From assembly GCA_964506565.1 (NCBI GenBank), contig CAZDLP010000002.1, positions 1 through 50,329 on the forward strand: 50,329 bases of DNA, given 5' to 3'. A program made the translations under genes and the position numbers. Numbering within the stretch: the first letter of the stretch is position 1; every line of letters begins with the position of its first letter. This DNA is from an uncultured Planctomycetia bacterium. GTDB lineage: Bacteria > Omnitrophota > Gorgyraeia > JABMRG01. The notes beneath the pieces were generated by a model, which was given only the letters and a program-made list of their open reading frames with translations, made no database searches and was not told where the DNA came from. Below, piece after piece: positions 27,514 to 37,238 of this stretch.

Positions 27514-28117
27514 TCTTACTCCTATTATATATACTTATTATAGTATCACCGTATTTAAGCTGGCGCAACAATCTGAGGTGTTCTGTTTCGACAGGCAGAC
27601 TCTCTTTTTTAAAATGTTCCACCACGACTAAACCTGAATGAGGAAGTATATCATATACAGTAATATACATCAAGCACTTTCTTATGCGATTCCTATTGTA
27701 TGGGCCATAAATTGCGTCTCTATCAGGAGAACGAGAGAGCTTATTGTATGGTGGATCCAGAATCACAATATCGAATTTCTTGTCTTCTTTATGCATTAGT
27801 TTAATAGCTGCACAGACATCCATATTAATTATCCTAATGCTCGCATCCTCATCACAAGAGACTATCTTTGTAATGCTTCTATCGATAATATCCGTACATA
27901 CCTTGCTATTATCAACAAAAACTGTTTCCTGCGCGCCCCTGCTTAAGGCCTCAATACCTAAGGCCCCGCTTCCCGAAAAAAGATCAAGCACGCGCGCACC
28001 TTTAATATCAGATCTTAACACATTAAAAAGCGATTCTTTTACATTATCCTTTGTAGGCCTTATGCCTTTAGGCATGAATAACTTTCTGCCTCTATATATT
28101 CCGGAAATTACTCTCAT
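27506..28117 (-). CDS. rsmD: 16S rRNA (guanine966-N2)-methyltransferase RsmD
   Basis: 203 aa. MRVISG..RGRKL start, SAM-binding DLFSGSGALGIEALSRG, and DPPY motif. Confidence 0.88.
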   Translation of the reverse strand: MRVISGIYRGRKLFMPKGIRPTKDNVKESLFNVLRSDIKGARVLDLFSGSGALGIEALSRGAQETVFVDNSKVCTDIIDRSITKIVSCDEDASIRIINMDVCAAIKLMHKEDKKFDIVILDPPYNKLSRSPDRDAIYGPYNRNRIRKCLMYITVYDILPHSGLVVVEHFKKESLPVETEHLRLLRQLKYGDTIISIYNRSKND

Positions 28118-28151
28118 CTTGCCCCTTTACCTTTTCCTCTACCTTTTATCT

Positions 28152-28200
28152 AGCATCAAGCATCGAGCATCGAGCATCCAGTATCCAGTACCTAGTATCA
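28152..28200. repeat. Seven tandem degenerate heptamers (agcatca agcatcg agcatcg agcatcc agtatcc agtacct agtatca)
   Basis: Exact period 7 over 49 nt. The last unit contains the recG TGA stop (28198-28200). Confidence 0.85.
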
Positions 28201-30306
28201 ACCAATAAGCCCAAGATGAAACCTATCTTTGAAACTTTCAGTTAACTCTCTTTTAAGGCCTGCGTAAGAAGGCAAAGAAAGATCAGGATGCCTTGACACG
28301 ATACCAAAAGCCTCCTTGCGTGCCTCTTCTAAAATATCTACATCAGATATCAGGTCTCCAAGAACAAGCTCCGGCAAACCATGTTGCCTTTTACCGAAAA
28401 GCTCTCCAGGACCTCTTATATTTAAGTCTTCCTGAGCGATCTTAAAACCATCTTCTGTATTCGCTATAGCTTCAAGCCTCTGCCTCGCTTCTTCTGTTTG
28501 CGCATCTGATACGAGTATGCAATATGCTGGACCTTTTCTCCTGCCTATCCTGCCTCTTAGCTGATGCAACTGACTTAAGCCAAAACGCTCCGCGTTTTCT
28601 ATTACCATAACAGAAGCGCTGGATACATCTATACCTACCTCTACAATAGTAGTCGCTATCAACAGACTAACATCCCCTTTCTTGAAATCTATCATAATCT
28701 CTTGTTTCTCATTGTCATCAAGTCTGCCGTGGATTAAACCCACTTTAAAATCCCGGAATATATCACTCTGTAATTTTTTATACATATTTGCAGCACCCTC
28801 TGACTTAAGAGCCGCAGATTCATCTATCACTGGATAAACTATATATGCCTGTCTCTTTTCTCTAAGTTGGGCCTTGATAAAATCATATACCTCATTTATG
28901 CGCGACCTATCGACCCACATAGTCTTAACATCTCTTTTTCCTTGTGGAAGTTCATCAATTATTGACATGTCCATATCCCCATAAAGCGTCATTGCCATTG
29001 TACGTGGTATCGGGGTTGCTGTCATCACCAACACATCATAGTTGTCTGCTCTTGTTCTAAGGGCGCCCCTTTGCTCAACGCCAAATTTATGCTGTTCGTC
29101 AATGACCAGAAGGCCCAGATCTTTAAACTCAATACTTTTTTGAATAAGCGTATGCGTGCCAACTACTATATCAGCCGAGCCTGAAGCCATAGCTTCAAGC
29201 ACTTGTTCCTTTTCACTTTTTTTCATACTGTTTATAAGGAGGGCTACTCTTATGCCAAGCTTGGCAAAAAGGCCACAAAAGACCAGATAATGTTGCCTTG
29301 CCAATATCTCTGTCGGCACCATAATAGCGCCCTGATGATTGTTTGTTACCGTAAGAAAAAACCCGTAGGCTGAGATAAGAGTCTTCCCGCTTCCTACCTC
29401 CCCCTGTATCAATCGGTGCATAGGCCTCGGACTTCTCATGTCCGACTTAATATCTTCTATTACCCTCTTTTGAGCATCCGTTGGCTCAAAGGGTAAAGCC
29501 TTTAAAAATTCTTCATCCTTTTCCTGGTCGACCATATGGGCTTTGCCATCAGGCATATTTTTAAGCTTATATTTCTTTATAGCAAGGACGAGCTGCAATA
29601 AGAAAAATTCATCGAATACGATTCTTCTTCTTGCCTCATCTCTTTTTTTCACATCTTCAGGAAAATGCACATTCCTTATCGCTTGACAGATATCCAGCAA
29701 TTTGTGCTTATCTCTTATATCCGCGGGTAATATTTCATCAGTATAAGAAGCATGCTGCTCTATACAATTCTTTATTATACGCCTTAAACTTCGCTGATTA
29801 ACCCCTGATACCAAGGGATATATGGGGACAATTCTTCCGGTATGTACTACGTCCTCCTGCTCCGGGTCACCTCTTAAAATCTCGTATTCGGGGTGAATAA
29901 CCTGAAGCTTTGTGGTCTTTTGAATCTTACCGTATAGTATTATTGTGTCATTCTCTTTAAAATAATTTTTCATATACGGCTGTCTAAACCATAGGCAATA
30001 GAGCTTGGCAGTGCCATCTGAAACAACAAGCTGAAATATTCTCATGCCACTCCTGGCCCTGAATATACTTGATGAGACGACTTTACCCTTGGTTGTCTGG
30101 AACAAGTCAGGCTTAAGCTGCGAAATGGGCTTTATATTACTTCGATCCTCATAGCGCATCGGAAAATATCTAAGGGCATCTTTTACCGTAGAGATGCCTA
30201 AGCGTTTTAGAAGTTTCAACCTATCGGGACCTACGCCTTTTATATACTGCGCTGATGTTTCTGCTGTATCTACTAGCATAGTCAGAATCTTTCTTCTTAA
30301 CATCAC
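28198..30306 (-). CDS. recG: ATP-dependent DNA helicase RecG
   Basis: 702 aa. Wedge-domain region, Walker [13 protein letters not shown] box. The start may be the ATG at 30303 (the ORF-track start is a GTG). Confidence 0.93.
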   Translation of the reverse strand: MMLRRKILTMLVDTAETSAQYIKGVGPDRLKLLKRLGISTVKDALRYFPMRYEDRSNIKPISQLKPDLFQTTKGKVVSSSIFRARSGMRIFQLVVSDGTAKLYCLWFRQPYMKNYFKENDTIILYGKIQKTTKLQVIHPEYEILRGDPEQEDVVHTGRIVPIYPLVSGVNQRSLRRIIKNCIEQHASYTDEILPADIRDKHKLLDICQAIRNVHFPEDVKKRDEARRRIVFDEFFLLQLVLAIKKYKLKNMPDGKAHMVDQEKDEEFLKALPFEPTDAQKRVIEDIKSDMRSPRPMHRLIQGEVGSGKTLISAYGFFLTVTNNHQGAIMVPTEILARQHYLVFCGLFAKLGIRVALLINSMKKSEKEQVLEAMASGSADIVVGTHTLIQKSIEFKDLGLLVIDEQHKFGVEQRGALRTRADNYDVLVMTATPIPRTMAMTLYGDMDMSIIDELPQGKRDVKTMWVDRSRINEVYDFIKAQLREKRQAYIVYPVIDESAALKSEGAANMYKKLQSDIFRDFKVGLIHGRLDDNEKQEIMIDFKKGDVSLLIATTIVEVGIDVSSASVMVIENAERFGLSQLHQLRGRIGRRKGPAYCILVSDAQTEEARQRLEAIANTEDGFKIAQEDLNIRGPGELFGKRQHGLPELVLGDLISDVDILEEARKEAFGIVSRHPDLSLPSYAGLKRELTESFKDRFHLGLIG

Positions 30307-30320
30307 ATTATGAATTTCAC

Positions 30321-30349
30321 TTGCACATATTCTGAGACTGTGGTATCAT
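30321..30349 (+). promoter_or_regulatory. Candidate rpmB promoter: TTGCAC (30321-30326), 17 nt, TGgTATCAT extended -10 (30341-30349)
   Basis: Read directly from the sequence. AAGGAGG at 30373-30379 precedes the ATG at 30390. Confidence 0.5.
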
Positions 30350-30389
30350 ATCACATATTTAAGATAATTCTCAAGGAGGTTAATCAAAA

Positions 30390-30620
30390 ATGTCAAGGAA
30401 ATGTGCAATATGCGGTAAAGGACCGGTAGCGGGAAGAACTGTAACCCGTCGCGGCATGGCAAAGAGTAAAGGCGGAGTAGGCCAAAAGATTGTTCGTACC
30501 AACAAACGTCGTTTCCTGCCTAATCTGCAAAAGATAAAAGCCATTGTTGGAAAAAGCAAAAAAACTATTGTTGTTTGCGTTGAATGCATTAAAAATGGTA
30601 AAGCCAAGAAAGCTATCTAA
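30390..30620 (+). CDS. rpmB: 50S ribosomal protein L28
   Basis: 76 aa. MSRKCAICGKGPVAGRTVTRRGMAKSKGGVG...KRRFLPNLQ. Confidence 0.93.
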   Translation: MSRKCAICGKGPVAGRTVTRRGMAKSKGGVGQKIVRTNKRRFLPNLQKIKAIVGKSKKTIVVCVECIKNGKAKKAI

Positions 30621-31408
30621 AGCAGTTTGTTTAATTGACCTAGAAATTTTACAACCTCGTTTGTGGAAGAAAGATAATACTCCGCAAGCGAGGTTTTTCT
30701 TTCTCCTTTTACAAAAACTGTAATGCCTTTTTCCTTTAATACCTTAAAAGCTGTCTCATCTGTCACATCGTCACCTATATAAACAGGGACTATCTTTTCC
30801 CTCTTACCTTTAAGCTTATTCATAAGATACAAGCAGTATCTTCCTTTATCCCAATTTAACGCGGGCCTCACCTCGAACACCTTTTTTCCTCTTGCTGTCA
30901 CTATATCACCTTCAGATAGATAGCCCCTTACAATACTATAAAATGCGTATTTAAGTTTCTCAATATCGTGATTTTTTACCCTTCTATAATGCAGCGCAAA
31001 AATTATACCTTTATCCTCTATCTCCCAACCGGCTATAGATTTTAACTCTATTTCTAATTTTCTTATAATATCGCTAACCTGCTCTTTTATCTTTGCGAGG
31101 TGTGGCAAGAGATAGCTTTTACCGACCCTGTCTATCTCAAGGCCGTGACAGCCCGCGTAATAAATACCTTTTAGCCCAACTAAGGCCTTAACCTGGCTTA
31201 ACATGCGCCCACTGACAACGGATACTACTACACGTTTATTATTAACGAGTTTACTTAAGATTTGACGTGTTTTTGAAGGAAGAATCGCCTTGTTAGGATT
31301 CCTTACAATAGGGCTTAGTGTACCATCATAATCTAAGAAAAGGAATATGCGTCCTGTTTTGGGAAGGCTTGAAACTATATGTTTTAAATTTAAAAAAAGA
31401 GATTTCAA
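30617..31408 (-). CDS. otsB: Trehalose-6-phosphate phosphatase
   Basis: 263 aa. HAD motif FLFLDYDGTLSP, and YIGDDVTDE. Confidence 0.88.
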   Translation of the reverse strand: MKSLFLNLKHIVSSLPKTGRIFLFLDYDGTLSPIVRNPNKAILPSKTRQILSKLVNNKRVVVSVVSGRMLSQVKALVGLKGIYYAGCHGLEIDRVGKSYLLPHLAKIKEQVSDIIRKLEIELKSIAGWEIEDKGIIFALHYRRVKNHDIEKLKYAFYSIVRGYLSEGDIVTARGKKVFEVRPALNWDKGRYCLYLMNKLKGKREKIVPVYIGDDVTDETAFKVLKEKGITVFVKGERKTSLAEYYLSSTNEVVKFLGQLNKLL

Positions 31409-31419
31409 TCTATTCTCGA

Positions 31420-32916
31420 TCAGGCTCTTTTTATCTCCGAACCGTTATGTATCTTACCAAATTCTGAGATAATATCACCCGCCCATTTATATATATTTTT
31501 TTCTGCTACTACTTCGCGCAGCGCTAACATTCTTTGCTTACGCTCCTTAAGCGGCATCTCTATCGCCTGCCTTATCTTTTCAGCGAACTCTTCTATATCA
31601 AAAGGGTTAAAAAATATAGCCTCTGATAATTCCCGCGCCGCTCCGGTAAACTGGCTCAACAAAAGGACCCCGTCTCCATCTGTCCTTGCTGATACATACT
31701 CCTTTGCAACAATATTCATACCATCATGCAGAGAACTTACCACGCAAACATTAGCCATTTTATAAAAAGCGAGTATCTCGTCAAAGACAAGATGGCGCCT
31801 CACCATTATGATAGGCGCCCAGTTCTCGGTCGAATGCTTCCAATTAACCTCTTCGACTACAGCGTTTATCTCATCGTTTAAATCTTTATACACCTGAAGA
31901 TGTATCCTGCTTAAATCACCTATCTGTATCAGAACAACCTTTCCCTTGTACTTCGGATATTTCTCAAGAAATCTATCCAAGGCCCTTATGCGCTCTATTA
32001 TGCCTTTTGTGTAATCAATTCTATCCAAGCCAAACATAACATAATCGATATCATAAAGATTATATTCCTCAACCAGAGGCTTTACAGACTTCTTCATCTC
32101 CGGCGTATTGGATTTCTTTTCAATAGCGCTATAATCAACGCTTATCGGGAACGCCCTAACAAGTGTCTCATGGCCATTGTAAATAATAGAATATCTTTCC
32201 CTGTCTATCCGCGCCTCAAGGGTTTTCTCTACTGTATCAAAAAAATTCTCGCAATGGTAACGTATATGAAAACCTAAAAGATCATTCGAAAGAAGGCCCT
32301 CGATAAGTCTCTTCTGTTTAGGGCAGATCCTGAAAACCTCTGAGTTTGGCCAGGGTATATGCCAAAAATGGGATACTATAAGATCGGGCCTCTTCTCCTT
32401 AAGCATCTGAGGTACAAGCATCAGATGATAATCCTGTACCCAGACAAACGCTTTTTTATGACCTACTTCCTCAAGTACCGCGTCAACAAACTTTTTATTT
32501 ACATTATAGTAAGCCTGCCACTCATCTTCATTAAATTCCGGCCTTGTGTAAGCTATGTGGCATAAAGGCCATAAACCTTTGTTCGAAAAACCATAATAAT
32601 AACCCGCTTCCTCTTCCTTGCTCAACCATATCCTTCTCAATGTATATGAAGGATCATTAGGCGGAACCTTTACATGGTTTTTACTGTCTACGGTCTTCTT
32701 GTCGGCTTTTCCTGAACCATAAGCAACCCATACTCCTCCGCAGGCACGCATAACAGGGTCAAGCGCCGTAACAGCACCACCTGTTGGGCGACTACAGTAA
32801 GTCTTACCTTCGCGCATAGTATGAATATAAGGTTCACGGTTAGAAACGATCACAAGCATCCTATCGCCAAGTATCTCTTTTACTGTATCCTGCAGATTCT
32901 TTTTTGTATATATCAT
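31420..32916 (-). CDS. otsA: Alpha,alpha-trehalose-phosphate synthase (GT20)
   Basis: 498 aa. VSNREP, GGAVTALDP, VQDYHLMLVP, DGMNIVAKEY motifs. Confidence 0.9.
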   Translation of the reverse strand: MIYTKKNLQDTVKEILGDRMLVIVSNREPYIHTMREGKTYCSRPTGGAVTALDPVMRACGGVWVAYGSGKADKKTVDSKNHVKVPPNDPSYTLRRIWLSKEEEAGYYYGFSNKGLWPLCHIAYTRPEFNEDEWQAYYNVNKKFVDAVLEEVGHKKAFVWVQDYHLMLVPQMLKEKRPDLIVSHFWHIPWPNSEVFRICPKQKRLIEGLLSNDLLGFHIRYHCENFFDTVEKTLEARIDRERYSIIYNGHETLVRAFPISVDYSAIEKKSNTPEMKKSVKPLVEEYNLYDIDYVMFGLDRIDYTKGIIERIRALDRFLEKYPKYKGKVVLIQIGDLSRIHLQVYKDLNDEINAVVEEVNWKHSTENWAPIIMVRRHLVFDEILAFYKMANVCVVSSLHDGMNIVAKEYVSARTDGDGVLLLSQFTGAARELSEAIFFNPFDIEEFAEKIRQAIEMPLKERKQRMLALREVVAEKNIYKWAGDIISEFGKIHNGSEIKRA

Positions 32917-33968
32917 TTTTGCTCCTGCTGTATTGTTCTTATCGGGAAAGGTATCTCAATACCTTCTGCATTGTATCTCTTGTGTAGTGCTTTTATGAAC
33001 TCATGCTTAATCATATAGCTATCAACAAACTCCTTTGCCCTGAGTATAACTGTGAAATCTATACTAAAATCATTAAAGGTGTGATACCTTATAAAAGGCT
33101 TGAACTCAGGGACTCCGCCGGTTACGGTCTTCATAACCTCTTTACCTGCCTCGATTGTGACCCTTTCAACATGCTCAAGGTCGCTCTTATAATGAACGCC
33201 TACCTGGACAAGTACGGCTAGCTCTTTTTCAGGATAGTAATAATTACTGAGGACACTGTTAACCAGCTTAGAATTGGGTATAACAACTGTATTATTCGGA
33301 AGCATCCGTATCTTTACAGAGCGCCATCCAATCTCAGTAACATAGCCCTTTTCACCTGAGTCGAGTTTGACAAACTGCCCAATCTGAACAGGCCTATCGA
33401 CAAGTATATGAATACCGGCAAAAAGATTCGAGAGCGTATCCTGTAATGCCAATGCCACTGCCAAGCTTCCTATCCCTAAAGCCGTTATCAGCGTTGTTAT
33501 TTTTACGCCCAGGGAATCTAGAAGTATCATACACCCTATAACAATGATAATAAGTTTTATAAAATTCTGTGTCAGGCTAGTGACAGGCAAATTTGGAGCT
33601 ACCTTGGACGCATACTCAGCTAATAATTTCGATATCCCGGTTGCAAGGGTCCATGTGATAGATATTATTATCAAGCTTAAGAATATTCTATCTACTACCA
33701 GGGACCAGTGTTCTGAAAAATCAGGGAGTATCTGTAAGGAAAAATATACCGCAGGTATAAGAATCCAGATAAAAGAAGGCCCCTTAACCGTTTCTAATAC
33801 GATATCGTCTAAACGCATAGCTGTCTTTTTAACAACTCTATCAAGCAGGCTTAACAACATGCCTCTGATAAAAAAGCCTATCAAAACCAGCAGGATAAAA
33901 ACTCCTACTGCCAGAGCATATTTAAAAGTAAGCGTATGAATTATCATATCAATCTGTAACATGGACAT
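32913..33968 (-). CDS. MscS-family mechanosensitive ion channel
   Basis: 351 aa. Several TM helices, then LALQDTLSNLFAGIHILVDRPVQIGQFV and IPNSKLVNSVLSNY. ATGA overlap with otsA. The start may be the ATG at 33962. Confidence 0.88.
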   Translation of the reverse strand: MSMLQIDMIIHTLTFKYALAVGVFILLVLIGFFIRGMLLSLLDRVVKKTAMRLDDIVLETVKGPSFIWILIPAVYFSLQILPDFSEHWSLVVDRIFLSLIIISITWTLATGISKLLAEYASKVAPNLPVTSLTQNFIKLIIIVIGCMILLDSLGVKITTLITALGIGSLAVALALQDTLSNLFAGIHILVDRPVQIGQFVKLDSGEKGYVTEIGWRSVKIRMLPNNTVVIPNSKLVNSVLSNYYYPEKELAVLVQVGVHYKSDLEHVERVTIEAGKEVMKTVTGGVPEFKPFIRYHTFNDFSIDFTVILRAKEFVDSYMIKHEFIKALHKRYNAEGIEIPFPIRTIQQEQK

Positions 33969-34027
33969 CCTTTAAGAGATATTGATGCAGATAATAACGG
34001 GTATTAAGCACTTATCGTAGTATAAGT

Positions 34028-34056
34028 ATAATATATTATATAGGCTTTTTTGTCAA
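34028..34056 (-). promoter_or_regulatory. Sigma70-type promoter of mscS-otsA-otsB: TTGACA (34056-34051), 17 nt, TATTAT (34033-34028)
   Basis: Minus strand reads TTGACAaaaaagcctatataataTATTAT. Confidence 0.55.
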
Positions 34057-34177
34057 AGACTTTCTTTCCCTAAATCGCCCCCTCAGGATTATTTTCACCT
34101 AATATCCCTATACTCAGGTGATTTGCGCAAAAATGGCCCTGCACCAATTGCAGCAAAACCATTTTCACAAATAAAAC

Positions 34178-34338
34178 ATTCCCTTGCTTTAGGGCAATTT
34201 GAGCGGGACTTTTTTTCTGCAAATGGCAGGGTTTTTCCGTATTTTGCAAACTATATGAATGAGCAGAAAAACAGAGTGAGCAATCCACGCTAGGGATTGC
34301 GAACGATCCTGCAAAATTATCCTAAGCAAGGGAAGAAT
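34178..34338. repeat. Divergent palindromic intergenic element, copy D
   Basis: Left arm attcccttgctttagggcaatttgagcgggac resembles the reverse complement of right arm gatcctgcaaaattatcctaagcaagggaagaat (about 75 percent by eye). The right arm resembles the right arm of copy B (ttgcgaac...aaaa.tatcctaa). Confidence 0.5.
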
Positions 34339-34373
34339 ATTTTAAAAACTATTTGAGGCTAAGGGGTTTTGGA

Positions 34374-36101
34374 TTAAGCGGAGGTTGAGACAGCTGTTTT
34401 ACAGGCAGAAGGTAAATTTACACGCATATCTTTTATCTGAAGCTTTATTGATGTGATACCTTTGTAGGTATTTAAATCGCAGGAATAAGCAAGATCTATT
34501 CTCTGCTTTAAGGGGTCACTTGGCAAAGAATCTGCCATATTGAAACCAATGGCCTCTGCCGTTATATTTCCATCTGTAACCCACATCTTTAGAGTAGAAC
34601 GTCTTAATACTTGCGGCACATTTCTTATACTGAGATTTTGTGATGAGAACACAGGTCGTGGATTACCAAACCCAAATGGTCCAAGGCTATCAAGATCCTC
34701 AAGCAAATCTTTGCTAAGAGATGATATGGGTATCTCTGTATCTATTTTAATACTTGGGATAAGATTCTCATCCGATATCCTCTCATTAGCAATAAGATTT
34801 ATCTTCTCCTTAAAACCATTCAAACTCATCTTATCTATGGTTAACCCTGCCGCATTTTTATGCCCGCCGTATCTTTTCAAAAAATCTGAGCATTCACTAA
34901 GGGCATTAACAAGATTGAAATTCCTTATAGAGCGACAAGAGCCTCTGCCTTCATCGCCATCCATAGATATCATAACAGTAGGCCTATAAAATCTGTCGAC
35001 TATACGTGAAGCGACAATACCTATAATACCTTTATGCCAGTTTTCACCCTCAAGCACAATGACTCTCTGTCGAGTGAAGTCCACCTCCGTCTCTATCCTT
35101 GCCATAGCCTGACGCAAGACAACGTCCTCCATTTTCTGGCGGCTTCTATTCTCCTTGGTAAGCATCTTCGCGAGCTCGCTTGCCTGCTTAGGATTATCTG
35201 TAAGCAAAAGCTCCAAAGAGACCTCGGGCTTACCGAGCCTTCCAGCGGCATTTATACGCGGCGCTAGAATGTAACCAACATGATAAGATGTAATCTCCTT
35301 GCCTTTTAAATAAGACTCTTCTATAAGCGCTCTTAAGCCCTCTTTCTTAGTATGAGTAAGCTCGCTTAAGCCATTTTTTACAAGTATCCTGTTTTCACCG
35401 ATAAGAGGCACTACGTCTGCTACAGTTCCTAATGATACCAGATCAAGCTGCTCATATAACCAGTTATCATCCTTACCCAATAGACCGGAGGCAAGCTTAA
35501 ACGCGACGCCAACCCCTGCTAAATTTTTGTCAGGATAAGAACACCCTTCCTGCAAGGGGTTTAATATAATATCTGTATCCGGAAGCTTATCCCCCGGGGT
35601 ATGATGATCTGTAATAATAATATCTATGCCAAGAGAATTAAGGATATCCACCTCAACGATAGCGGTAATGCCACAATCAACTGTAATAATGAGCTCTATT
35701 CCCCTTTTATGGATAGAACTTATATTTTGCGCGCTTAAACCATAGCCATCCTCAAGTCGGCTTGGTATAAAAGTATCTACATCTGCCTTTAATCTCTTTA
35801 GAACAGTGGATAGTAACGCTGTAGCTGATATGCCATCAACATCATAATCACCATAAATGAGAATCTTCTCCTTGCCGCTTATTGCTCTCTTTATTCTCGC
35901 GACTGCCTGCGCCATAGATTTCATCAAGAAGGGATCGTGAAGATTTAACAAACTCGGATTTAAGAAAAACTCCGCATCCTTAACTATTTTTATATTACGA
36001 TTTACAAGAAGCTGGGCAATAATAGGAGATATGGAGATCGCTTTCATAAGTCGATCTTGAGAAATCAAATCTTGCTCTCTTATCTGCCAAATTTTTCTCA
36101 T
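34374..36101 (-). CDS. recJ: Single-stranded-DNA-specific exonuclease RecJ
   Basis: 575 aa. DHH motifs (GDYDVDGISA, ITDHH) and DHHA1 GGHKNAAG. Confidence 0.92.
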   Translation of the reverse strand: MRKIWQIREQDLISQDRLMKAISISPIIAQLLVNRNIKIVKDAEFFLNPSLLNLHDPFLMKSMAQAVARIKRAISGKEKILIYGDYDVDGISATALLSTVLKRLKADVDTFIPSRLEDGYGLSAQNISSIHKRGIELIITVDCGITAIVEVDILNSLGIDIIITDHHTPGDKLPDTDIILNPLQEGCSYPDKNLAGVGVAFKLASGLLGKDDNWLYEQLDLVSLGTVADVVPLIGENRILVKNGLSELTHTKKEGLRALIEESYLKGKEITSYHVGYILAPRINAAGRLGKPEVSLELLLTDNPKQASELAKMLTKENRSRQKMEDVVLRQAMARIETEVDFTRQRVIVLEGENWHKGIIGIVASRIVDRFYRPTVMISMDGDEGRGSCRSIRNFNLVNALSECSDFLKRYGGHKNAAGLTIDKMSLNGFKEKINLIANERISDENLIPSIKIDTEIPISSLSKDLLEDLDSLGPFGFGNPRPVFSSQNLSIRNVPQVLRRSTLKMWVTDGNITAEAIGFNMADSLPSDPLKQRIDLAYSCDLNTYKGITSIKLQIKDMRVNLPSACKTAVSTSA

Positions 36102-36970
36102 CTTATCCGCTCTTTAAAGGGTTCAATATGTATTGATATGTCTGTAACGCCTTCTATCTTATGTTTTATAATATCTTGGATTATATGGTTTAAGCTATGC
36201 GCCTTGCCTATTGTCATATCAGTATCAACCATAATATGGAGATCTATGTTAATATCATCCTGTCTGCCACGGGTCCTTATATCGTGACAACCCCTTACCC
36301 CTTCAACCGACAGGACGACTCTCTCTATCGCGCTGGCTGGAATCACCATACGATCACATAGAACATCAGAAGACCTCTTTAATATCTCAAAGCCACTGTA
36401 AGCGATAAGCAAAGCTATAAAGACTGAAACTATTGGATCTATAACAGGAAACCCGCTCTTAACGGCAATGAGAGCGGCTATAACGGATATGGATATAAGC
36501 ATATCACTTCTTGTGTGCTCCGCGTCCGCAGAGAGTATATCACTCCTCAATACCTTTGACTCACCTTTCTCGTAAATATAGACGATACAATTTACAGCCA
36601 AGGTAGCTATCATAACAATAAAGCTAATCAGTGTAACTTCAGGCAGAACAGGGTGAAGGAATCTTATGACACCGCCTCTTATAAGATTAAACGAGATTAT
36701 AAAAAGAAGTATGGCTATCACTATTGCCGCAAAAGTCTCATACTTCTTATGGCCATAAGGGTGATCGCTATCTCTGGGCTGAGACGCGACAGTAATCGCT
36801 ATAAGCCCTATAATATTAGAGGCTCCATCGGAAAAGGAGTGAAATCCATCCGCGCTCATAGCGCTAGATTGCGTAATAATTCCGTACAAAATCTTCGCGG
36901 CTGCTACGATCCAATTAAGTAGCAGGACAAGGATTAAAACAGTACGAATTTTTTTAAAATGTATCTGCAT
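36098..36970 (-). CDS. Cation diffusion facilitator family transporter
   Basis: 290 aa. Six TM segments, HSFSDGASN and HTRSDMLISI metal-site motifs, cytoplasmic C-domain. ATGA overlap with recJ. Confidence 0.88.
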   Translation of the reverse strand: MQIHFKKIRTVLILVLLLNWIVAAAKILYGIITQSSAMSADGFHSFSDGASNIIGLIAITVASQPRDSDHPYGHKKYETFAAIVIAILLFIISFNLIRGGVIRFLHPVLPEVTLISFIVMIATLAVNCIVYIYEKGESKVLRSDILSADAEHTRSDMLISISVIAALIAVKSGFPVIDPIVSVFIALLIAYSGFEILKRSSDVLCDRMVIPASAIERVVLSVEGVRGCHDIRTRGRQDDINIDLHIMVDTDMTIGKAHSLNHIIQDIIKHKIEGVTDISIHIEPFKERIR

Positions 36971-37238
36971 AATTTTGACCTCAAAGCATTATTATTTTAT
37001 ACAGAAGAAAAAACAAAAAGACTTTTCTAAAAACATATATTCATAAGAGTAAAAAGGAAGCCATTTCTATAAAAACCTGGGGACAGGAACCACAATGACA
37101 TCGATATAATTAAACACCTAGGACAAAGGCACTTTGTCATTAAAAGTTATTTATGACAGCTACGGGACTCGACTTGAGAGGCCCCTAGCAAGTTCTATAT
37201 ACTCTTATAGCCGCTTGGAACATCAAGGCCTGAATGGC

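Noticed and set aside
28152-28200. Heptamer arrays considered as a CRISPR array or as a classical phase-variation tract
   Set aside because: The period is far too short and there are no spacers, so this is not a CRISPR array. The units are degenerate rather than identical, so slippage-driven on/off switching is not supported by the sequence alone.
34070-34288. 72-aa minus-strand ORF in the recJ/mscS spacer
   Set aside because: It overlaps the repetitive palindromic element D, has no RBS, and is Cys/His/Leu-rich low-complexity sequence. It is most likely non-coding.
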